NCBI GenBank assembly: GCA_050250855.1
Contig: JBFWNW010000002.1
Span: forward strand, 192,001-256,000
DNA: 64,000 nt
Origin: Candidatus Babeliales bacterium
GTDB taxonomy: Bacteria; Babelota; Babeliae; Babelales; JACPOV01
Direction of reading: 5' to 3'
Below are positions 9,814-16,829 of this stretch, piece after piece. Numbering within the stretch: the stretch's first letter is position 1; every line of letters begins with the position of its first letter. Under the pieces are notes generated by a model that saw nothing but the letters and a program-made list of their open reading frames with translations, ran no database searches and was not told where the DNA came from. The position numbers were made by a program, and so were the translations under genes.

Positions 9814-10188
9814 TTCAGGGCATGTTAGGCGTATAAGAATATCAGCGGCATAGCGGGCAACTGCTATTTTGCAAAGTGCAACTGCAATGGTATAAAAACA
9901 ACCTGAATAAGCAGATGTAGTTTGCCACCATGCATATGGCTTTTGCCATAGATAAGGAGCTTCAATCGAACGCAGCTGCTCTTGTAATACTGTATAGCTT
10001 ATAATTACGGTGTAGCCGCAATAAAGCATGGCAGCTTTATGCAGCGTATGTGCCATAAAACAAAGAGGCAATAAGGAATGCCATGGTTTTTCTTGGTGGT
10101 ATGCAATATAATCTTTTTGAAAATATTCTGATTGTATATTTGAATGTATTGTAAATAAAAGTATTATATATAAAGAGATTTTGTACAT
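9763..10188 (-). CDS. Hypothetical membrane/exported protein
   Basis: ORF with signal-like N-terminus from ATG 10188 (MYKISLYIILLF) and hydrophobic segments; 3' end overlaps paralog B. Confidence 0.5.
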   Translation of the reverse strand: MYKISLYIILLFTIHSNIQSEYFQKDYIAYHQEKPWHSLLPLCFMAHTLHKAAMLYCGYTVIISYTVLQEQLRSIEAPYLWQKPYAWWQTTSAYSGCFYTIAVALCKIAVARYAADILIRLTCPEQLRRITLQEEDTLDQT

Positions 10189-10207
10189 ATTATTAGTATG
10201 CGGTGTT

Positions 10208-11380
10208 ATGAAAAAAAATATATTCATAGTTTTTATACTAACTCATTTTTTACAAGGTATGGAGAGATTATTTATTCCGTACCTGGCAAATCTTGCACAA
10301 TCTGCGCAACAAAGGCCGGAAAACGATCTTTTAAAGCAGTCATTTAATAACCTTATGTGTGACCATCATGAAACTATAGCACAGGAATTTAAGCTTACTT
10401 CTGTGTTTCAAGCAGCATATAGTGGCAATACAAAAGAAGTTAAAGAATGGATTTCTTTAATACCGGTATTAGAAAATGCTAAAAATGATCTTGGCAAAAC
10501 AGCGTATGATATTATTAACCAAAAAAAACAGCAAGTACAGGATTGGAAAAAACATGCAAATTTTGCAAAGCAAAAAAAAAGAACATCGATTTTTCAAGCA
10601 GCACAAAATGGCTCATTGCCAGAAGTGCAACAATGGGTAAAAGAACATTCTGCTTTAATATGGGCACGAGACGCAGAGGGTAAAACCGTGCTTGATAGAG
10701 CATGTTTTTCTCAGCAGCCAGCTTCAATGTATGTTTTTAATAGCGGTAGCCATGCAAAGCTTATAGAATTTATACAAGAAGAACGTATAAAAAATTACCA
10801 ATTAGATCCCTCAGTAGATGTTATTGCCAATCATGAACGCATAGCGGAAGAAATTGCGTGTCCATCTCTTTTTCAAGCAGTTACTTATGGGCAGCTCTCT
10901 TTATTAAAAGCGTGGATAGAAAGGCATCCATCGTTAGTTTGGTCAAAAAGTATCTATGGCAATGAAACGGCACTTGATAGAGCGTGTTATATCCAGCAAT
11001 ATGGATATTACTCTCCTATCAATGAAGATATTGTTACACTTTTACAAGAAAAACGTATAGAAAACTATAATTCTAAAAAAAACATAGATCCTATTGCTCA
11101 GCATGAAGAAATTGCTCGTGTTATTTCATGTCCATCTTTATTTCAAGCGGTATGGGATGGTAATTTGCCATTAGTTAAAGCATGGATAAAAAAGCATCCA
11201 CAATTACGCTATGCTACTTGTAAATCTAAAGATACGGCATTGACTATAGCTTTTTGTTTAGATGAAAATGCAAAGATGGAAAAAAAAGACGAAGATAAAT
11301 GGGCTCCTATTCTTAACTATTTGAACCAAGAGAAAAATGAGTTCCTAAAACAGGATGAGAAATCTTCCTTGATCGAGTAA
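10208..11380 (+). CDS. Secreted ankyrin-repeat-like protein
   Basis: Signal peptide; four internal repeats of SxFQAxxxGxLxxVKxW...GxTALDxA. Confidence 0.8.
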   Translation: MKKNIFIVFILTHFLQGMERLFIPYLANLAQSAQQRPENDLLKQSFNNLMCDHHETIAQEFKLTSVFQAAYSGNTKEVKEWISLIPVLENAKNDLGKTAYDIINQKKQQVQDWKKHANFAKQKKRTSIFQAAQNGSLPEVQQWVKEHSALIWARDAEGKTVLDRACFSQQPASMYVFNSGSHAKLIEFIQEERIKNYQLDPSVDVIANHERIAEEIACPSLFQAVTYGQLSLLKAWIERHPSLVWSKSIYGNETALDRACYIQQYGYYSPINEDIVTLLQEKRIENYNSKKNIDPIAQHEEIARVISCPSLFQAVWDGNLPLVKAWIKKHPQLRYATCKSKDTALTIAFCLDENAKMEKKDEDKWAPILNYLNQEKNEFLKQDEKSSLIE

Positions 11381-12143
11381 TCGGTGTATTGAGTGCCAAT
11401 TTATAATCAGTTACCCAACGGATAAAGACTGCTTTTAAATAGTTAAGGCGTTTTGCTTTTTCTTGTGCACAAGCAACCAGTTTTATTTGTTTGGGAAATA
11501 ACCAGGTTATATGGAGCGTACTCAGCCAATCGTGCATACGGATAAAACTTGTCAGTTGTTTATGCTCTTTATCAACATCCTGTAAAAACATCATTAAAGG
11601 TGATAATAAATCATGCAAGGTATCTGCTGTTTGATATTGTTGCTGCGCTGCTACAATGAGCTCTTTACCTAATTCTTGTTCGGGCATAATACTTAATACA
11701 TCAAAAGGAATACTTTGCTTCCAGCATGACCACGTATCATCTCTTAAAATTAAATGTGCATGATACAATAATTTCAGCCACACTGCGCCGTATACAAGGC
11801 CGCATGCTTTAAGCCCAAGAGAATATTTATTAGAAATCACATATTCTTTACAAAAATCAGTTATATCAAAAAACTGTTTGCGAGCTTCTTGTGCAAACGG
11901 CTGTACGCTTTGCAACGAAAAATTTTGCAACCATTGATGTGCATATGCTTTATTTTCATTGTGCTGATCAATGTGATGTTCATTATTAACGTTAACGTTA
12001 ACATCAAGATGTTTTAAGGTAATTTGATGTCCTTCAGCGGCAGCAAGCGTTATTTTTTGTTCTTTTTTTTCTACCGTTGGTTGCGTTGTTACTTCTGCTT
12101 GTGCTGATACATAAAGAAGGAATATAAGGTAATGATGCTTCAT
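11313..12143 (-). CDS. Hypothetical protein with signal peptide and one TM segment
   Basis: 276-aa ORF, N-terminus ending AQA; hydrophobic segment GLVYGAVWLKLLY. Confidence 0.7.
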   Translation of the reverse strand: MKHHYLIFLLYVSAQAEVTTQPTVEKKEQKITLAAAEGHQITLKHLDVNVNVNNEHHIDQHNENKAYAHQWLQNFSLQSVQPFAQEARKQFFDITDFCKEYVISNKYSLGLKACGLVYGAVWLKLLYHAHLILRDDTWSCWKQSIPFDVLSIMPEQELGKELIVAAQQQYQTADTLHDLLSPLMMFLQDVDKEHKQLTSFIRMHDWLSTLHITWLFPKQIKLVACAQEKAKRLNYLKAVFIRWVTDYKLALNTPITRSRKISHPVLGTHFSLGSNS

Positions 12144-12260
12144 TAAAAAAAACTATTTTTAGATTAATGATATTTTTTTATTAAGTTTAATGGAATAGTT
12201 GGTTAAGTAAAATAAATATTTTTTATAGTATTATTTTGTTTATTATATTTTTAACAATTC

Positions 12261-12683
12261 ATTATCTCACAGTCCCTCTCCGGGACGGGACCAGCCCCTT
12301 TTGCTTGTACAAAAGGGCTGGACAAAAATACACCAACATGCTGTTGGATTGCACTCTCGCTCAGACATCAACCACTCACTCTTCGGGTTTTCAACCCTCG
12401 ATTTCAGGTCGATGATTCGCTACCGGCGTGAATGTATAAAAAATAGTTTAATGCACCGGTACGCTCATCTGTTTGAGAGCTTCTCAGTTTTCTTGCCCGG
12501 CGTAGCTTGATGCGAAGCCTGGGTAAAAAACTGGAAGCCGAGTTATGACCCTTCGATACAATTTCGATTTCATCGAAATCACTCAGGATGAGCGAAAGCC
12601 CTTGCGTGCCCGTCTGGGTGTTAAGGGTATTGGGCACGCAATACCTTTGTGCCCTGCACCCGGCATGAGGGTGCCATAAGATA
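12261..12683. repeat. Composite palindromic element 1 (modular, MITE/BIME-like)
   Basis: GC-richer intergenic block; about the first 200 bp is shared with 27124-27306, the right end is the reverse complement of 35912-35975, and internal modules recur at 27309 and 36018-36066. Confidence 0.9.
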
Positions 12684-12702
12684 ATATAGAGAAAAGTAGT
12701 TT

Positions 12703-13164
12703 TTATTTAAGAGAAGTATTTAATTTCTTTAATAAAAATAGTTCCTTCTTATGCATCACCTTATAATCTTCATCTTTAATATGGTCATAACCAAGTAAAT
12801 GACAAATGCCATGTACCAAAAGAACTTGCATGCGCTTGTAAAAAGGCACACCAAGTTCTTTTGCAGCTTTTTGTACATATTCTAAAGAGATGATAAGATC
12901 ACCTAAATTTTTTTCATCAGCTGCGCTTGCATGGATGCGTTCACCAGCTTTAAGCTCAGGATAAAAAGGAAATGACAAAATATCGGTTGGTTTATCTTTG
13001 TGCCGATATTCTTTATTGTAATGGTGAATAGTTTTATTCGTTGTCAGCCAAATACCAAGATCAAAATCACTATAATCAAGTGCATGCAAAATGGTTTGTG
13101 CATCATCTTTAAGTTTTTTAAGATCAAGGGATATGGAGCGTTGTGTATTTTTTATGGTGATCAT
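12703..13164 (-). CDS. ybeY: rRNA maturation endoribonuclease YbeY
   Basis: YRHKDKPTDILSFP, LGDLIIS, HGICHLLGYDH motifs. Confidence 0.95.
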   Translation of the reverse strand: MITIKNTQRSISLDLKKLKDDAQTILHALDYSDFDLGIWLTTNKTIHHYNKEYRHKDKPTDILSFPFYPELKAGERIHASAADEKNLGDLIISLEYVQKAAKELGVPFYKRMQVLLVHGICHLLGYDHIKDEDYKVMHKKELFLLKKLNTSLK

Positions 13165-13190
13165 ATTAAACGAGTTTAAAAGAATTTTTA

Positions 13191-13276
13191 GTTCGCACCC
13201 TTCGACAAGCTCAGGGCGAACGAAGATAAAAGTTTTGATATAACCGTTCGTGCTGAGCTTGTCGAAGCATACGAAC
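13191..13276. repeat. Inverted doublet of the CTTCGACAAGCTCAG module (REPIN-like)
   Basis: gttcgcacccttcgacaagctcagggcgaacg (13191-13222), 21-bp spacer, ccgttcgtgctgagcttgtcgaagcatacgaac (13244-13276). Confidence 0.93.
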
Positions 13277-13296
13277 AGGTATATTACCTTATAAAT

Positions 13297-14148
13297 TTAA
13301 ACAATAATACAGCAAGTAGCTTTTTGTTGTTCAACTGGTTGTTCTGTAGGATTTTTAGCTTCTTTTGTTTTTTCTTCAATAAAGCTGAATCCTTCTTGAT
13401 AGCTTTCATAATCTTTTTTGCCTTCTACTGATTGCAAAAGCTGAGCCATTCTTTTTTGTGCAACAACAAGCGGCGTTTCACCTTGTTTGTTTTTTTGCAA
13501 AAATGCTTTAGCTGGTATTTGTTTTAAGCAGTCCAGAACTTTTTTGTTAGGATTCATCGCAAAATGATGCAAAACTGTATTTTCTTGCTCATCCAACTTT
13601 TCAGCATAAGGAATTATAGTATATTTTAGGGCAAACCTTAGATCGTCTTGCGTAGCAGAAGGTGCAAACGTTGGCAATGGATTATGATATTTACGTAAAA
13701 TTTGCTTGCAAGCAATCAGTTGGTTAAAAAGTTTAAGTTTTGCTGGATCAAAATTTAAATCATCATCAGAAAATGCAGTTTCACTGGTGAAAAGTTCTTT
13801 TACTTGGCTATTGATAATGACAAAAGCGTTTTCTTTGCTTTTATTTTCTTTATTAAAGAGATCTGCGCTGCAGAATGACGCAACTACTTCAAGCATTTCC
13901 GGGTCAGCCTTCTGTGCAAAGGTATGCAAAAGTGTATTGCCATCTTTATCTTGTTCTGTTAAAGAAAGTGTATTCAATTGCAGAGCAGTTCTTAAATTTT
14001 CAGCGCGATTATTTGCCGTAGATTCAGTGATCCATTGCTGTACCTGCTGTTGATTGCCGTTGTGCAAATGAGGAAATTCAGTTTGCTGTTCTGTTGCGTA
14101 AAGAGAACATAGGCAAAGAGCTGCTGAAACTATTACTAACTTTTTCAT
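13297..14148 (-). CDS. Secreted ankyrin-repeat protein with C-terminal CaaX motif
   Basis: Signal peptide; QDKDGNTLLH, ENTVLHH, NKQGETPL ankyrin motifs; ends ...TCCIIV-stop. Confidence 0.82.
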   Translation of the reverse strand: MKKLVIVSAALCLCSLYATEQQTEFPHLHNGNQQQVQQWITESTANNRAENLRTALQLNTLSLTEQDKDGNTLLHTFAQKADPEMLEVVASFCSADLFNKENKSKENAFVIINSQVKELFTSETAFSDDDLNFDPAKLKLFNQLIACKQILRKYHNPLPTFAPSATQDDLRFALKYTIIPYAEKLDEQENTVLHHFAMNPNKKVLDCLKQIPAKAFLQKNKQGETPLVVAQKRMAQLLQSVEGKKDYESYQEGFSFIEEKTKEAKNPTEQPVEQQKATCCIIV

Positions 14149-14164
14149 AGAAAACCTTTCTTTT

Positions 14165-16636
14165 TTATACTACCACGTAAGCTTTATACAACTCACCCTC
14201 TTGGGTCAGTGTTTCTTTGTCTACCTTTTTTTCAGTAAATTTTAGAGCCTGTGCACGGGTAATGCCTTGCAATAAAGCTTGTTCTTTTGCCAAGCTATCA
14301 CATATTTTTTTATCAGTGCAAGAAATGGTCAACAAGGCAAGATCCGTTTTTAATGAAAGTTGCTGTTCACTTTTGAGTTTGCGTACTTGTGCAACAAGGT
14401 CAATTATTTTTTGGCCCAATTCAGCGCTTGCAATATTTTCTATCTTTTTTTGTACAGCAGCAAATTTAGTTTCATGCACTGAAGATGTTTGCAAACTATC
14501 CTTATACACTTCTTGAAAAATTGCTTCTGTTATATGCGGAATATAGGGAGCATAGAGTTGCAAAATACGTAAACCAACCGTAAAGAGCGTATACCTAGTT
14601 CCCTCAATTTCTTGAGCGCTATATGAGCCAGGGTTAAAGAGCTGATCTTTTATGATCTCTAAATAGTTATCGCAAAAATCATGCCAGAAAAACTTTTCCG
14701 CCGTATCAAGCGCAAGGTTAAATTCATACGCATCAAGATATTTTTTGTAGGTAGCAAATGTTGTACTTGCTTGGTGCAATAACCATTCATTCATTAAGCC
14801 AAGTTGTGCAGGCACTTGCGCAGGAGCTTTATACTCTTGTATATGGCTGCTAATAAAAATAAAAGCATTCCACAATTTAGTGAGCAATTTTTGCCCAATT
14901 TTTAATTGCGTTTCAGAAAATGCTACATCTTGTCCCAAGCTTGCAGATGCCGTCCAGTAGCGAATAGCGTCAGCGGGGAATGTTTGCAGTAAATGTTCAG
15001 GTGCAATTTTTTTCTGTTCTTTAGATTTTGAAAGTTTTTCTTTGCCATCACTCAATACGTGGCCAGAAATAACAATATCACGCCATGGAATGGTATCATG
15101 ATGCATCCAGGCTTTAATGATAGTATAAAAAGCCCACGTGCGGATAATGTCATGCGCTTGAGGACGCATGCTCATGGGTAAAAATTCTTTAATGCCAGGA
15201 TCTTCAAACGCAGAAACCATCTTTTTATCATAAACGCCGTAACAAATATACGGTGTTAATGAAGAAGTATTCCACGTATCCATAACATCAGTATCTGGCT
15301 TAATATCACTGCTACCACAAGCAGAACATGTTTTGCCAGGATAGGTTGTTTCTTGCGGATCGATTGGTAAATCTTTAATGTCCGGCAATAAAATTTCGTT
15401 ACACTTTAGACAATGCCATACAGGAAATGGAATACCATAAAACCGTTGGCGCGATAAACACCAATCCCATGAAATATTTTCTACCCAATTTTTATAGCGG
15501 GATTTCATGTAAGCAGGGTGCCAATTAATGGTATCTGCCAAATCTAAAAACTTTTGTTTGTACTCTAAAATTTTTAAAAACCACTGAGAAAGCGTTATAT
15601 ATTCAATCTCTTTTTTGCAGCGTTCATGAACGTTGACTGCATGCGTAATAGCTTTTTGTGCTTTGAGCAAGCCTTGCTCGTTAAGCAGTTCAAGTACCTT
15701 TTTGCGTGCATCATGTACTTTAAGCCCAGCAAGTGGCCCCGTATGTTCAAGCCATTTACCGTCATGGCCTAACGAAAGATTTTGTGGCAAATTATGTTTT
15801 TTTATCCACATAATGTCAGTTTTATCCCCAAATGCACAGCACATAACAAGGCCTGTTCCTTTTTCAGGGTTTACCAGTTCATCAGGCATGATAGGAACTT
15901 CAAGGCCAAATAAGGGAACAACCGCCTTTTTGCCTTTTAATGCTTGATAGCGTGCATCATTGGGATGATAAAAAACGGCAACACAGGAAGGTAATAATTC
16001 TGGGCGTGTTGTGCCAATAATAAGCTCTTGGCCATCGGTTGCTTTAAAAATAATATCATTAAAATGAGAAGGTTTTTCCATGTCATCAAGCTCTGCTTGT
16101 GCAACAGAGGTGCGGCAGGTAGTACAATATAAAGCGGGTTCAAATTTACGGTAGACAAAGCCTTTTTTATATAAACGAATAAATGATTCTTGAGATATTT
16201 TTCTGGTGCTCGCAGAAATAGTAGAATAGGTTTCTTGCCAGTTAGCAGAAATACCCATGCGTTGCCACAAATCAGCAAATTGTTGCTCGACTTCGTGCGT
16301 TACTTCAAGGCATAGATCAATAAACTTTGAGCGGCCGACCTGGTGCGGTGCTACTTCAAGCTTTTTTTCTACATAACGCTCAGTTGGCAATCCGTTATCA
16401 TCAAAGCCAAAAGGATAAAATACCGAAAAACCATCCATACGCTTGTAGCGGGCAATAATATCAGTTTGGGTATAAGAAAAAATATGCCCAATATGGAGCG
16501 AACCAGAAACTGTTGGCGGTGGCGTGTCCACGCTAAACAGTTTGCCAGGATGTTTTGAGCGGTTATATGTTTGTTCCGCTTGCCATTTTTCTTGAACTTT
16601 TTTTTCTTCGTGCAGGTGTTCGTATCGTTTTTCCAT
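14165..16636 (-). CDS. valS: Valine--tRNA ligase (type 2, archaeal/Rickettsia-like)
   Basis: DTPPPTVSGSLHIGH, GFDDNGLPTER, DWCLSRQR, RPQAHDIIRTWAF, KLSKS. Confidence 0.95.
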   Translation of the reverse strand: MEKRYEHLHEEKKVQEKWQAEQTYNRSKHPGKLFSVDTPPPTVSGSLHIGHIFSYTQTDIIARYKRMDGFSVFYPFGFDDNGLPTERYVEKKLEVAPHQVGRSKFIDLCLEVTHEVEQQFADLWQRMGISANWQETYSTISASTRKISQESFIRLYKKGFVYRKFEPALYCTTCRTSVAQAELDDMEKPSHFNDIIFKATDGQELIIGTTRPELLPSCVAVFYHPNDARYQALKGKKAVVPLFGLEVPIMPDELVNPEKGTGLVMCCAFGDKTDIMWIKKHNLPQNLSLGHDGKWLEHTGPLAGLKVHDARKKVLELLNEQGLLKAQKAITHAVNVHERCKKEIEYITLSQWFLKILEYKQKFLDLADTINWHPAYMKSRYKNWVENISWDWCLSRQRFYGIPFPVWHCLKCNEILLPDIKDLPIDPQETTYPGKTCSACGSSDIKPDTDVMDTWNTSSLTPYICYGVYDKKMVSAFEDPGIKEFLPMSMRPQAHDIIRTWAFYTIIKAWMHHDTIPWRDIVISGHVLSDGKEKLSKSKEQKKIAPEHLLQTFPADAIRYWTASASLGQDVAFSETQLKIGQKLLTKLWNAFIFISSHIQEYKAPAQVPAQLGLMNEWLLHQASTTFATYKKYLDAYEFNLALDTAEKFFWHDFCDNYLEIIKDQLFNPGSYSAQEIEGTRYTLFTVGLRILQLYAPYIPHITEAIFQEVYKDSLQTSSVHETKFAAVQKKIENIASAELGQKIIDLVAQVRKLKSEQQLSLKTDLALLTISCTDKKICDSLAKEQALLQGITRAQALKFTEKKVDKETLTQEGELYKAYVVV

Positions 16637-16655
16637 AATTTTTTATCTAGGTTGT

Positions 16656-16732
16656 GTTCGTACCCTTCGACAAGCTCAGGGCGACTGAATAATCGGTCAT
16701 ACTGAGCGAGGGTTAACCCGAGTCGAAGTATA
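16656..16732. repeat. Inverted doublet of palindromic modules upstream of valS
   Basis: gttcgtacccttcgacaagctcagggcgac followed by inverted variant cggtcatactgagcgagggttaacccgagtcgaagta (matches reverse complement of 37478-37516). Confidence 0.9.
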
Positions 16733-16769
16733 AAATAATAAAATTTAAGATAAGTCGCTAAAATTAAGT

Positions 16770-16810
16770 ATAGCCGCTTACACTCTTTTTTCAAAGTGCA
16801 AGCGGCTATT
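16770..16810. terminator. Stem-loop, probable terminator downstream of the TPR/GT-C gene
   Basis: atagccgcttacact...agtgcaagcggctat inverted repeat. Confidence 0.55.
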
Positions 16811-16829
16811 TCAAGGGGCTATCGTTATA

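Noticed and set aside
12301..12637. Short ORFs 12301-12510 (+) and 12404-12637 (-)
   Set aside because: They lie entirely within composite palindromic element 1 and are translation artefacts of the repeat
16369..16794. 141-aa minus-strand ORF overlapping the valS start
   Set aside because: Alternative frame of valS plus repeat-derived peptide (RPELVEG)
16656..16810. Possible T-box or attenuator upstream of valS
   Set aside because: No T-box consensus recognised; the structure is explained by the repeat doublet and the upstream gene's terminator
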